From contig JAZUHF010000041.1 of assembly GCA_045641585.1 (NCBI GenBank), positions 2,217-66,216 on the forward strand: 64,000 nucleotides of DNA, read 5' to 3'. How positions within the stretch are numbered: position 1 is the stretch's first letter; the number at the start of each line of letters is the position of its first letter. Origin of the DNA: Acutalibacteraceae bacterium. GTDB taxonomy: Bacteria; Bacillota; Clostridia; Oscillospirales; Acutalibacteraceae. Shown here piece by piece: positions 1-9,539 of this stretch. The notes under the pieces were generated by a model. That model searched no databases. It was not told the origin of the DNA and worked only from the letters and a program-made list of their open reading frames with translations. The position numbers and the translations under genes were made by a program.

Positions 1-3
1 TCG

Positions 4-33
4 GTGCGACTGCTTCGGTGGTCGCACTTTTTG
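4..33 (+). terminator. Rho-independent terminator of a gene ending upstream of the window
   Basis: Stem GTGCGAC (4-10) / GTCGCAC (21-27) followed by TTTTT. Confidence 0.5.
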
Positions 34-83
34 TTAAAGGGGGCTATAGAATTATCGAGAATAAAACAATAAGGAGGAATATT

Positions 84-968
84 ATGAAAAAAAGATTAAG
101 TATAGGCGAAATGAAATTTTGGATATTTATTATAGTTGTGTTATTAATGATATTTACTTTTGCTGGATGTAGTTCCTTTGATTTAGATAGTGACACCACT
201 AATCATAAAGGTAAGAATAATCAAAGTGAAAAATCACCTCCCATTGATAAAGACGAATATGATTCAGTGTTAGCAGAAGGTGAAGGATATTATTTAGTAG
301 ATTCCTTTTCTGAAACATATGCGTCTGCATCAACATCTTACGGTGTTGTTAATGAGTCTGGCGATTGGGTTTGCCCGTTATCGAGTACAAATGGCTTTGC
401 AGATGCGGTAGAGAAACTAGTGTCTGATGGATATAATCGAGCATATTCAACTCCTGAATTCGCCTATTTGGGAAACGATATATTTGCTGTTAAAGTTCGT
501 TGTGTTGTTGTCGGAAAAGAGCATATACCATCAGGTTATTGGAATGATTGGGGAGCCCACGGAGGCTGTTACCTTGTAGATTGTTCAGGCAGCATTCGCA
601 ATTCAGGAGGATATATGATAACTGAGATATATGATGGATATGCATTTACTATGTATGCTAACGGAAAAATAGACAGATTAGATATGTTTGGAAATTGTCA
701 GGAATTTGGTTGGAGAACTTCGGGGGAAGCGGAATATATCGGAATACCTTCATGCGGTTTAGTGTGTTGTGGAAATATCTTTTATGACATAAAATCCGGA
801 AAAAATGTCATAAATTTAACACAGTTTGATTTGGTTGCTGACGATTGTCGATATTTTAAGGAAGACGGTACATATACATTTGAGTTTTATAATCCGGCAG
901 GCTCAAAATATGAGGCGACAATTGATACTGCCGGTAAATTCATCAATACTCCTAAAAAAGTATCGTAA
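84..968 (+). CDS. Putative secreted lipoprotein, function unknown
   Basis: ATG at 84 preceded by AAGGAGG (71-77); hydrophobic signal peptide ending in lipobox FAGC; ORF 18..968 trimmed to the RBS-supported start. Confidence 0.6.
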   Translation: MKKRLSIGEMKFWIFIIVVLLMIFTFAGCSSFDLDSDTTNHKGKNNQSEKSPPIDKDEYDSVLAEGEGYYLVDSFSETYASASTSYGVVNESGDWVCPLSSTNGFADAVEKLVSDGYNRAYSTPEFAYLGNDIFAVKVRCVVVGKEHIPSGYWNDWGAHGGCYLVDCSGSIRNSGGYMITEIYDGYAFTMYANGKIDRLDMFGNCQEFGWRTSGEAEYIGIPSCGLVCCGNIFYDIKSGKNVINLTQFDLVADDCRYFKEDGTYTFEFYNPAGSKYEATIDTAGKFINTPKKVS

Positions 969-1009
969 TATTTCATTGTTTATAAAAGAAAAAATGCCAG
1001 TGAACTTAG

Positions 1010-1047
1010 CGGTGGTGCAGATTTTAGTCTGTACCACCGATTTTGTT
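1010..1047 (+). terminator. Rho-independent terminator after the lipoprotein gene
   Basis: CGGTGGTGCAG / CTGTACCACCG stem (one G-U) followed by ATTTTGTT. Confidence 0.5.
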
Positions 1048-1149
1048 AGCAATATAATTATGTAACTAATAAGAAATAAACAACAAACCCGAATGTTGCA
1101 CCGATTAGAAAAGAACACAGGGGGATGAATCTGTTGTGTTTCTTTTTTA

Positions 1150-1306
1150 GTGAAATAATTTGTTTCGCAAATTGTGAAATATTGCTCCGTTTCACTCCGC
1201 AATGTGAAATGAAATAAATCCACCCACGCCCGCAGGCATTTCACTGTCCGAAGGACAATTTCACGCACGAAGTGTATTTCACAAATCCCGTCAGGGATTT
1301 ATTTCG
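1150..1306. repeat. Cluster of GTGAAAT / ATTTCAC heptamers interleaved with short variable GC-rich hairpins
   Basis: GTGAAAT at 1150, 1173, 1203. Reverse-complement TTTCAC copies within CGTTTCACTCC, CATTTCACTG, AATTTCACGC and TATTTCACAA, plus ATTTCG at 1301. Spacers fold as small hairpins (TGTCC-GAA-GGACA, GCAC-GAA-GTGT, AAATCCC-GTCA-GGGATTT). Confidence 0.6.
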
Positions 1307-1310
1307 TTGT

Positions 1311-1350
1311 AAAAACCCTCTTTGTCTTGGTAGACAAAAGAGGGTTTTTA
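1311..1350 (-). terminator. Hairpin terminator immediately downstream of tRNA-Ser (also works in + orientation)
   Basis: AAAACCCTCTTTGTCT / AGACAAAAGAGGGTTTT inverted repeat with T-tracts on both strands. Confidence 0.6.
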
Positions 1351-1352
1351 CA

Positions 1353-1444
1353 TGGCGGAGATGGAGAGATTCGAACTCTCGAGAACATTTCTGTCCTACA
1401 CGATTTCCAATCGTGCGCCCTCGACCGGACTAGGCGACATCTCC
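1353..1444 (-). tRNA. tRNA-Ser (anticodon GGA), class II with long variable arm, CCA encoded
   Basis: Reverse complement reads GGAGATG...CACGA-TTGGAAA-TCGTG (anticodon loop, GGA)...long variable arm...GAGAG-TTCGAAT-CTCTC...CATCTCC-G-CCA. Confidence 0.9.
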
Positions 1445-1537
1445 GTGCGAACAAGAAGTATTATACATTATCAAAATATAAAAGTCAACTAAATTATAAA
1501 ATCCCTCCGAAATAGCGCAAAAATCTTACATATTTAA

Positions 1538-3148
1538 CTATTTTCTCAGGACTTCAAAATCAAGGTTTGCGGTTCCGGCAGAAAAGTCGAGCAGACAAAG
1601 AGGAATTATAAACATATCGCCGGCAGTCATAAAGAAGTCGAACAATATATCTACAGCCAGTGTTATTGAGAGTGCTTCTGCCGGTATTCCGAGTTGCAGG
1701 AAAAGCATAGTATATGCTGCGGTTGAGCCGCCCGGAATAGGCGGTGTTGCCATTGAAATTACAATTGATAAGAATATGGCAATTATAAACCAACTTACAT
1801 TGCAGGAAATTTGATATACTCCGGCAAAATAAAAAGAAATCATCAAATAGTATAAAGCTGTTGTCGGCTTAAACATTACAAAACCCAAAGGAACGCCGAA
1901 ACTTGATATTTTGTTATCTATTCCGAAGCGTTTGGAACAACATTCCATAATCGTTCCGAATGATGCCGCCGAAGATGCCGTCGATAGTGCGATAAGTAAA
2001 GTCGGAAGACTCTTTTTAAATAATTTTGTAAGTTTTACCTTGTATTTTATTGAAAGCGTGATAAGAAAAACAGTAGCGTTTAATATGAATATTGGCAAAG
2101 CAATTAAAGCAAAACGCCAAATATCCGCAATTATCATATAGGCATCAGACCAAATCATTTGCACAAGAACAATAAAAATAAAGTAGGGAACAAGTTTGCT
2201 TATCAGCTCCACCATAAATTGCACCATATAGTTGATTTGTTCTATTGCAACGGCAACAGCGGAGGTTTTCTTACCCAAAAACAGCATTACAATGCCTACA
2301 ATCATTGCTATGAAAATAATTTGCAGGGTGTTGCCGTCAATAAACGGTGAGAAAATATTACTTGGGAAGATATTGAGTATCATTTCAAAAACTCCGCCGA
2401 GTTGTAAGTTCTTTGAAATGCCGGAATTTGTAAAGGCAGGACCCAACAAAACATAAACAGGGGATACTATTACTGTTATGAGCGACACAATAGATATGTA
2501 TTTTAAAATCATTTTTTTGCCGATTTTACTTAGAGTTCCGGCATCTCCTATGCCGTAGAGTCCCCAAGCGACCGATAAGAAAATCATAGGTCCGGAAACA
2601 CAGCGCAAAACATCAAAAAATTTGTCACATACAGGCGATAAAAAGTTCTTGAGTATGGAAGTTAAAACAGATTGCGGAATAATAACTCTTCCCAATATAC
2701 CGAAAATAATTGAAAATACAACCGAAACAACGAGGACAAAAAGCTGATTTTTTTCTTTTCTTTTAAGGCTGAATGTAAGAGTATTCCAATTTTTTTGATA
2801 AGAATATTCCGGCGTGAGGCCCATATGAACGAGAATGCTGTTGCTGTAACTGTTTTCGTCATCGGCAAACGGGTTGTAGGATTTTTCGGAAAAAACACCG
2901 ATTATTACACGGGGACGGCCAAAATAATTTCCGTATTTTAATATTATTTCTTTGCCATTGCCAAATTCTGTTTGCCAATTTAAAAGGCTTTCCTCAATGG
3001 AAAGGCGAAGAGAAATAATGTCTCTTTTTGTAATTTCTAACGATTCGGCAAATTTTTCAACAACACTTGAAATTTCTTCAATGGTGCTGTTTTGCAGTAT
3101 GTAATGAGATTCTGTTAGAGTATTAAATGGACGCAATTGTTTTAACAC
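1538..3148 (-). CDS. Dicarboxylate/amino acid:cation symporter (DAACS/SDF) family transporter with an extra ~130-aa cytoplasmic N-terminal domain
   Basis: 536-aa ORF. It is multi-TM, and the C-terminal ...PPIPGGSTAAYTMLFLQLGIPAEAL...DMFIIP... resembles the SDF family. The N-terminal 130 aa are soluble. Confidence 0.55.
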   Translation of the reverse strand: MLKQLRPFNTLTESHYILQNSTIEEISSVVEKFAESLEITKRDIISLRLSIEESLLNWQTEFGNGKEIILKYGNYFGRPRVIIGVFSEKSYNPFADDENSYSNSILVHMGLTPEYSYQKNWNTLTFSLKRKEKNQLFVLVVSVVFSIIFGILGRVIIPQSVLTSILKNFLSPVCDKFFDVLRCVSGPMIFLSVAWGLYGIGDAGTLSKIGKKMILKYISIVSLITVIVSPVYVLLGPAFTNSGISKNLQLGGVFEMILNIFPSNIFSPFIDGNTLQIIFIAMIVGIVMLFLGKKTSAVAVAIEQINYMVQFMVELISKLVPYFIFIVLVQMIWSDAYMIIADIWRFALIALPIFILNATVFLITLSIKYKVKLTKLFKKSLPTLLIALSTASSAASFGTIMECCSKRFGIDNKISSFGVPLGFVMFKPTTALYYLMISFYFAGVYQISCNVSWFIIAIFLSIVISMATPPIPGGSTAAYTMLFLQLGIPAEALSITLAVDILFDFFMTAGDMFIIPLCLLDFSAGTANLDFEVLRK

Positions 3149-3275
3149 CCGATTCCTTCGTTCTGTCAGAACATTTTGAAATAAATATGATAATATTATA
3201 ATATATACCTATATGTAAAAGCAAATGTTTTTTTGTCTTTTACTGTTGAAAAGTTTAAAATTAAGAAAATAAAGA

Positions 3276-3597
3276 CTAAAGTGAATGATACGGAGAAAAA
3301 TGCTTATATTCAAGCGGAGTTATTCCGTAGTGCTTTTTAAAAAGCTTATTGAAATTTGCCGTGTTGTTAAATCCGCACAAAAGCGCCACGTCAAGAATGT
3401 TTTGTTCGCAGTTTTCGGTGAGGTAATTGGTTGAAAGTTCTAGGCGTTTCGATATAATATATTGATTGGGCGATATGTTATAAATTTGCTTAAACAGGGT
3501 GGAAAAGTAGTTTTCTGTCATTCCCGTAATATCGGCAAGGTCTTTTATAAGTATTTTTTCAGTAAAATGGTTGGTTTGGCAGGTTTGCCTGCGTAAT
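3276..3597 (-). pseudogene. AraC-family regulator remnant (C-terminal HTH domain only)
   Basis: Translation ...FTEKILIKDLADITGMTENYFSTLFKQIYNISPNQYIISKRLELSTNYL...FNNTANFNKLFKKHYGITPLEYK is a complete AraC HTH pair. An upstream stop at ~3598 removes any sensor domain. Confidence 0.6.
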
Positions 3598-3610
3598 CAT
3601 AACTAATGAC

Positions 3611-4038
3611 TTTGATTTTATTCCATCGCCTAATGTAGAAAAATTGCTTCAAATGCGTAGAAAAATCAAAGGCGAAGATTTCCAAATTACCGATTGCGGA
3701 AAATATGATTTGATTGTTGTCGGAGGCGGTGCGGCAGGCATTGTGACAGCCATTTCGGCATCGCGCTTCGGTGTTAAAGTTTAATAACTTTCGATATTCC
3801 GTTTAAGGATTACGGTCCGGGTTATTTACCACAACCGACGGCAAAATGTATTGCTTCAGATTTTACCGTTGAATTATATGACGGAAACGGCGGTTTAATA
3901 AGTAAAGAAATCAAGAATAATTTTAATCGCCTTTCGGTAATAAAATTTGATAATACTCTTGCCAAAACCGTTAAAATCACTGTAAATAAATGTATCGACA
4001 GCGATTTTGCAAAAATCGTTAAGGTTTCGGTTTATTAA
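3611..4038 (+). pseudogene. FAD-dependent oxidoreductase remnant (N-terminal GxGxxG segment fused out of frame to a C-terminal tail)
   Basis: ...KYDLIVVGGGAAGIVTAISASRFGVKV* (stop 3782-3784). A different frame then reads TFDIPFKDYGPGYLPQP...KITVNKCIDSDFAKIVKVSVY* (stop 4036-4038). No intact ORF. Confidence 0.45.
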
Positions 4039-4050
4039 AATTATGTAACA

Positions 4051-4092
4051 AAAGTAATGACCTCGGCTTAGCCGGAGGTCATTACTTTTGTT
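4051..4092. terminator. Bidirectional hairpin terminator between convergent units
   Basis: AAAGTAATGACCTC...GAGGTCATTACTTT perfect 14-bp stem, T-tract after it. Confidence 0.7.
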
Positions 4093-4105
4093 TATTTAAC
4101 TTTAT

Positions 4106-5815
4106 TTATTTGACTTTTATTTCGTCTGTGCGGTAGATGAATTTGACCTGTCCGTCCATATCATCGCTGATACCTGCAAAATTGCGGTAATTCTTCGATA
4201 CATCAACCGTTGCTTTGAATCTTGTTATTATTCCGTTTAAGTCACCCTCAACAAGTTTAACGATTTTTTGGATACCTTCTTCGTTTAACTTTTGAAGTCC
4301 GCCGTATAATTGCATTGCGCCGTCTTTTAATTCGGTTACGCCGTCCACAAGTGCCGGAGTTCCGTTTTTGAGTTGTAAGACTCCGTCACAAAGTGCAGAA
4401 GCTCCGTTTTTAAGCCCGACTGTTCCGTTTTTCAAATCTGATGCGCCCAAAGCAAGTTCTTTGGCACCGTCTGCGGCGGAGGCAACTCCTCCGGTGTAGG
4501 TTAAAAGACCGCTGTAAAACGCATTGTAACTGTCAAGCGATGTTTTCAGTGCGGCAATCGACTTTGCACTATCGGACTCGGAGGGAAGTTTGTTTAAAAT
4601 TCCGGTAAATATACTCGCATAATTTTCAATCGTAAGTGTAGGAACATTCTGAACACCGCCTGCTTTAAGCTGTGCTTCGGCGGTTGAAAGTAAGGTTTCA
4701 AATACCTGTTTTGCTCCGCCGTTTAATGTTGCATTGTTGCTTTTCAGCGCATCAAGACCTCCTGACAGTTCTTCTACGCCCGCTTTTAACTTACCGGCAC
4801 CGTCATCGGCGGCAATCGCACCGTCTTTGAGTGCTTTGGCTCCGTCTGCAAGTTTTGTAATTCCCGAAACGAGCTCATTTGATTTTCGGAGCAATGTGCA
4901 AAGTCCGCCGTAGAGTGCCGATGAGCCGTCAAGAAGTTGATTCATTCCGTTTTTAAGTTCGCTGATTGAACCTGTTAAGCCGGAGAGAGAGTCTAATTTA
5001 GAAGTATCAAGATTATTGAATATCTCATTTGTTGCAATCGTGACCGTCATTCCGAATTGGAAGTCGGTTGCATCTGCTGTAATTTCCACATAATCGGGAA
5101 TGTCAATTTTATCTTTACTAATACCGAGATTTTCCTGCAATCCGGGAAGTGCAATACCTATAACTGCCGTGCGGTCGCCGTCATTTATGAGTTTTCCGTT
5201 TGTTACCTCAACATTACGGAATTTACCGTTATCAAGAAGCATTCCCGTAAGCATTGCAAAAGGAACATATATATTTTCATCTTTCCCGTCGATTTTCACT
5301 CTTTTTATCTGTCTGTTATCGTAATCAAAACGGATGCAGATTTTACCGCTCTTACCTGCAATTTCTTTGGCAGATACTGTTTTGCCGTCAAGTTTATATG
5401 TAACGGTAAGTCCTACGGGCAGTTCTTTTTCGATATTGCCCTGATAGTAAATATCGTTGCCCTGCGCATCCCATATCTTTGCATTTCCGCTGATTGAATA
5501 AGATTCGTTGCCCTTGACATTTTCAATATTTGAAAGTTCGGTAGTATCGGTCAGAGATGATGTGCGGAGTGCATTTTTAATCCAGTCACTTACGATTATC
5601 TTTTTGACGGAGCCGTCAGCACCGGCAAGGACATAGACTGTTTCATCTTTTACAATTTCTTCTTTTTCTTTCTTCTCGGCGGATACTGCGGTGTTTGCCT
5701 TTTTCGGCTCTTTCGCTTTTTTATCTCCCGTAACGGCAAATACCGTAATAATGCCCGAAAGACATATAACGGCACATAGCAGGGAAGCGATTATTTTAAC
5801 TGATAATTTATTCAT
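4106..5815 (-). CDS. YhgE/Pip-like membrane-anchored protein with X-X-X-Leu-X-X-Gly heptad repeats (MMPL partner)
   Basis: 569 aa. N-terminal signal anchor. C-terminal half is reiterated LxDGxxxLxxG / LKNG / LKDG heptads. Overlaps the upstream MMPL gene by 8 nt. Confidence 0.6.
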   Translation of the reverse strand: MNKLSVKIIASLLCAVICLSGIITVFAVTGDKKAKEPKKANTAVSAEKKEKEEIVKDETVYVLAGADGSVKKIIVSDWIKNALRTSSLTDTTELSNIENVKGNESYSISGNAKIWDAQGNDIYYQGNIEKELPVGLTVTYKLDGKTVSAKEIAGKSGKICIRFDYDNRQIKRVKIDGKDENIYVPFAMLTGMLLDNGKFRNVEVTNGKLINDGDRTAVIGIALPGLQENLGISKDKIDIPDYVEITADATDFQFGMTVTIATNEIFNNLDTSKLDSLSGLTGSISELKNGMNQLLDGSSALYGGLCTLLRKSNELVSGITKLADGAKALKDGAIAADDGAGKLKAGVEELSGGLDALKSNNATLNGGAKQVFETLLSTAEAQLKAGGVQNVPTLTIENYASIFTGILNKLPSESDSAKSIAALKTSLDSYNAFYSGLLTYTGGVASAADGAKELALGASDLKNGTVGLKNGASALCDGVLQLKNGTPALVDGVTELKDGAMQLYGGLQKLNEEGIQKIVKLVEGDLNGIITRFKATVDVSKNYRNFAGISDDMDGQVKFIYRTDEIKVK

Positions 5816-7916
5816 TTGCTGAAACCTCCTGATTCTTGGTTTTGATTTTTGTCATACCGAGCGTTGTTTTGCAGATAATCTTATCAAACAGCATAAAACA
5901 AGCCGGCAGGACGAAGATAACGAGAAGCATACTGATTACAGCTCCCCGTGCCATCAGCATACACATTGAACTGATGATTTCAATGTCCGAGTAAAGTGCA
6001 ACGCCGAAGGTCGCCGCAAAAAGTCCCATACCCGAAACGATGATGGATGGAATCGAAGTATAAAGCGCCGTCCATACGGCATTATTCTTGTTTTTACCGC
6101 CGATTCGCTCGGATTTATACCTTGTTGTCATCAAAATCGCATAGTCAACGGTGGCACCGAGCTGAATCGTGCTGATGCAGATTGGCGTGATAAACGCCAT
6201 ACTCTGTCCGAGATAGTGCGGCAGACCGAGATTGATGAAGATACCGACTTCAATAACGGCAATTAAAATAAACGGAAGCGAAATACTCTTTTCAACAAGC
6301 AGAATAATGAGAAAAATTGCAATAACCGAAACTGCGGTGACAACGGCAAAATCGTGTCCGGTGATTTCAATCATATCCTTTAAGAACGGTGCTTCGCCGA
6401 TAATCATACCTTTGGAATCGTATTTTTTGAGAACGGTGTTCAGTTCATCAATCTGTTTATTAACTTCATCACTTGCCGCCTTGTAGGTCGAATTCATAAG
6501 AAGAAGATTCCAACGGTCGCTTTTCATAATACCTACAACATCGTCCGGTAAAACATCTTCCGGCACGCGCGAGCCGAGCACCGAATTAAGACCTAACACA
6601 TATTTTACTCCGTCAACCTGTTCCATTTCTCTCATAATCGTCTTAACGGTTTTATTTGAAAGCCCTGCATCTACCAAAACCATGTGCGTAGAGGCAATGT
6701 CAAAATCGTCTCTTAACTTTTCATTTGATGTTACATAATTCATTTTATCGGGCAGACACTGTCCCAAATCATAATATACTTCGCTGTTTGCTTTGCTGTA
6801 TCCTATGTATGCAGGAGCGATTATAACCGCAAACATAATCAAGAATACCGGAAAAATTTTGAGTATACCTTTTGAAAGATTGCCCATATTCGGAATAAGT
6901 GAGCGATGCTTTGTTTTTTGAAGCGGCTTATCCAAAATGAGTATCAGCGACGGCAGAACTGTTACACATCCGAGAACGCCGAGCAGAACGCCCTTTGCCA
7001 TGACAATACCTAAATCCCGTCCCAAAGTAAAACTCATAAAGCATAGGGCAACAAATCCGGCAATAGTCGTAACGGAACTGCCTATAACACTTGTCAGCGT
7101 TTCCTTGATGGCGTGTGCCATCGCTTCAAACTTATCTGCACATTTTTCACGCTGTTCGTTGTAACTGTGCCATAGGAAAATGGAATAGTCCATTGTCACG
7201 GCAAGCTGTAAAACAGCCGAGAGGGCTTTGGTGATGTAAGAGATTTCCCCCAAAAAGAAGTTTGTGCCGAGATTTAAGAGAATCATTGCACCGATTGATG
7301 CGAGGAATACGAACGGAACAAGCCAACCGTCAAGGAAGATAACCATTGCGGCACACGCAAGAACGACCGCAAGCGCCACATAAATAGGCTCTTCCTGCTC
7401 GCACAACTCCTTCAAATCGACAACAAGTGCTGTCATTCCGGAAACAAAGCATTTTTCTTTGCATACCGAACGGATTTCGCGCACGGCGTCCATCGTTTTA
7501 TCGTCCGATGTTCCGGCGTTGAAAAATACTGCCATAAAAGTAGAATGGTCGGTGTTGAATTCATTTTTGATATTATCCGGCAGCAGTTCCATCGGTATCG
7601 AAATGTCTGCTACCGTATCATACCAAACCGCATTGGCAACATGGTCGATTTTTTCAATTTCGGATTTTAAGCGGGAAACCTCTTTTTTCGGCATATCTTC
7701 CAAGATGATGTAGCTGAATGCCCCGATATTAAAGTCCTCGAGGAGTTCATTTTGTCCGATGACCGTATCAATATCATCTGGCAGATATGTAAGCATATCG
7801 TAATTTACACGGGTGGCAATCATACCAATAACCGACGGAATCATCAGAATAACTGTCAGTATCAGTATTGGGACACGGTATTTGACTACCGCTTTTGCAA
7901 AACGCATATCTAACAT
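5808..7916 (-). CDS. MMPL/RND-superfamily membrane transporter
   Basis: 702 aa. Two blocks of ~6 TM helices, each preceded by a soluble loop, which is typical MMPL layout. Translationally coupled to the downstream gene. Confidence 0.7.
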   Translation of the reverse strand: MLDMRFAKAVVKYRVPILILTVILMIPSVIGMIATRVNYDMLTYLPDDIDTVIGQNELLEDFNIGAFSYIILEDMPKKEVSRLKSEIEKIDHVANAVWYDTVADISIPMELLPDNIKNEFNTDHSTFMAVFFNAGTSDDKTMDAVREIRSVCKEKCFVSGMTALVVDLKELCEQEEPIYVALAVVLACAAMVIFLDGWLVPFVFLASIGAMILLNLGTNFFLGEISYITKALSAVLQLAVTMDYSIFLWHSYNEQREKCADKFEAMAHAIKETLTSVIGSSVTTIAGFVALCFMSFTLGRDLGIVMAKGVLLGVLGCVTVLPSLILILDKPLQKTKHRSLIPNMGNLSKGILKIFPVFLIMFAVIIAPAYIGYSKANSEVYYDLGQCLPDKMNYVTSNEKLRDDFDIASTHMVLVDAGLSNKTVKTIMREMEQVDGVKYVLGLNSVLGSRVPEDVLPDDVVGIMKSDRWNLLLMNSTYKAASDEVNKQIDELNTVLKKYDSKGMIIGEAPFLKDMIEITGHDFAVVTAVSVIAIFLIILLVEKSISLPFILIAVIEVGIFINLGLPHYLGQSMAFITPICISTIQLGATVDYAILMTTRYKSERIGGKNKNNAVWTALYTSIPSIIVSGMGLFAATFGVALYSDIEIISSMCMLMARGAVISMLLVIFVLPACFMLFDKIICKTTLGMTKIKTKNQEVSANE

Positions 7917-8026
7917 TCCTCCAATATAATTATTTTTTCGTTATTATTTTATCGGTGAATATGGTTTTTGAATACAGCCAGTCTTGAACAGATGCACTAA
8001 AAACAGACACGTGCTTAAAATTGACT

Positions 8027-8056
8027 AAAAAATAGGCACGGAATACTCCGTGCCTA
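8027..8056 (-). terminator. Terminator downstream of the TetR gene
   Basis: AGGCACGGA-ATAC-TCCGTGCCT hairpin with a T-tract on the minus strand. Confidence 0.55.
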
Positions 8057-8073
8057 AAATTTATATACTGTTT

Positions 8074-8634
8074 TTATACCTGACCTTGCAAAAGCGATGC
8101 AAATTCTTTTGCCCAATCTTTTTTGAGAAGAAAAATACGCCGGATTTCTTTTGCGTATTCATCGGTCATTCCGTTGTTGAGCCAATCGAGAACCAACCCG
8201 AAACACACGCATTTGTAATAATCGGAAATAGCCTTTTTATCTGCTTCTATTATGCTTTCATCTGTTAAAACCGTATTTACATAGTTGCTGACAAAATATT
8301 CGCTGACTGCCATCAAATGCCGTTCAAATACCTCACGGTTGAGCGAACGGTAAATATGCATAATTGCTTTTTTTCGGTGAGATGCAAATTCGGTCAAAGC
8401 ATCAAAACATTCCACGATTGTGGAAACCGACGGATATTTTTCAATAATAGATTCGGCTTCTTCCTTTACGATTTCTTCAATCAGTGCCGGAATATCCTGA
8501 TAGTGATAATAAAACGAATTGCGGTTGATTTCGCATTTTTTCACAAGTTCTTTGACCGTGATTTCAGAAAGGGGATGTTCTTCGAGCATCAAGATAAATG
8601 TTTCTTTGATTGCTTTCTTTGTAAAATTCGCCAA
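8074..8634 (-). CDS. TetR/AcrR-family transcriptional regulator
   Basis: 186 aa; N-terminal ...ITVKELVKKCEINRNSFYYHYQDIPALIEEI... TetR HTH signature; sits upstream of the MMPL operon. Confidence 0.8.
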   Translation of the reverse strand: MANFTKKAIKETFILMLEEHPLSEITVKELVKKCEINRNSFYYHYQDIPALIEEIVKEEAESIIEKYPSVSTIVECFDALTEFASHRKKAIMHIYRSLNREVFERHLMAVSEYFVSNYVNTVLTDESIIEADKKAISDYYKCVCFGLVLDWLNNGMTDEYAKEIRRIFLLKKDWAKEFASLLQGQV

Positions 8635-8854
8635 TTATCACACCTCTTTCAATTGGATAAGCAAATTATATCATAAAATCACTTAAAAATCAATACGAGT
8701 CACTCAAAAGTCATAATAATTCTCTTTTTACTATTTCAAATTTGTAAAAACATTTTGAACTTTGCCCTATACGGTTGCAATCTCTGAAATGATGTGATAT
8801 TATAGTAGAACTTTCTACTAATTTGATAGAGGTTGGGAGGCAGGAAGAACACAA

Positions 8855-9523
8855 ATGAAAGACAAACATATCCCGAAAATTCAAAGCACGCTTAAGCACA
8901 ATACCATTATCATGCCGGATGAGATATACAGCGCAAGCGGAATTATCATCATTGGCAGACGAATTAAATCCTTGATATTTTCCACTGACCTTGCAATCAT
9001 TTGTAATTGCAATGCAGATGCAGTATTAGCGGTATATCCGTTTACACCGCAAAGATCCGTCAGCGACGGCATTATAAAATATGCAAATATACCGGTGTTT
9101 TGCGGAGTTGGCGGTGGAACAACCAAAGGTGCAAGAACCATTTCGCTCGCAAAGGATGCAGAATGTCAGGGTGCAATCGGAATCATTCTGAATGCGCCTA
9201 TTACGAATGATAACATTCTGTCAATTTCCGAATGCGTTGACATACCTATCGTGATTACGGTTGTGAGCGGTGACACGAATATCGGAGACCGTATTCGTTC
9301 CGGTGCATCCATATTGAATGTCGCAGGCGGCAGAGATACACCGGAAATTGTGAAAAAAATTCGTTTGGAATATCCGACTGTCCCCATTATTGCTTCGGGC
9401 GGTAACACAGGAGAAAGCATTTTGAAAACGATAGATGCAGGTGCAAATGCGATTACTTACACGCCGCCATCTACCGCAACTCTTTTTAGTCAGATGATGG
9501 AAAAATACCGTATGGAATACTAA
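8855..9523 (+). CDS. Uncharacterised alpha/beta (TIM-barrel-like, phosphate-binding?) protein
   Basis: 222 aa with alternating beta/alpha pattern. Has ...CGVGGGTTKGA... and ...IIASGGNTGESI... glycine-rich loops. No firm family assignment. Confidence 0.4.
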   Translation: MKDKHIPKIQSTLKHNTIIMPDEIYSASGIIIIGRRIKSLIFSTDLAIICNCNADAVLAVYPFTPQRSVSDGIIKYANIPVFCGVGGGTTKGARTISLAKDAECQGAIGIILNAPITNDNILSISECVDIPIVITVVSGDTNIGDRIRSGASILNVAGGRDTPEIVKKIRLEYPTVPIIASGGNTGESILKTIDAGANAITYTPPSTATLFSQMMEKYRMEY

Positions 9524-9539
9524 ATTACGGAGGGACCCG

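Noticed and set aside
1150-1306. Possible miniature CRISPR-like array (constant heptamer + variable spacers)
   Set aside because: The constant unit is only 7 nt, copies occur in both orientations, the spacers are 12-20 nt self-complementary hairpins, and no cas genes are nearby. It is kept as an unexplained repeat, not a CRISPR.
4106-5815. Repeat-rich 569-aa protein as a phage tape-measure or tail protein (prophage signal)
   Set aside because: It overlaps and is co-oriented with an MMPL transporter under a TetR regulator. The heptad LxxG repeats fit YhgE/Pip-type MMPL partners, and there are no other phage genes nearby.
8855-9523. Assigning the 222-aa barrel-like protein to NanE/ThiE/GGGP-synthase
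   Set aside because: Only a generic glycine-rich phosphate-loop resemblance is present, with no family-specific catalytic residues. It is left as uncharacterised.
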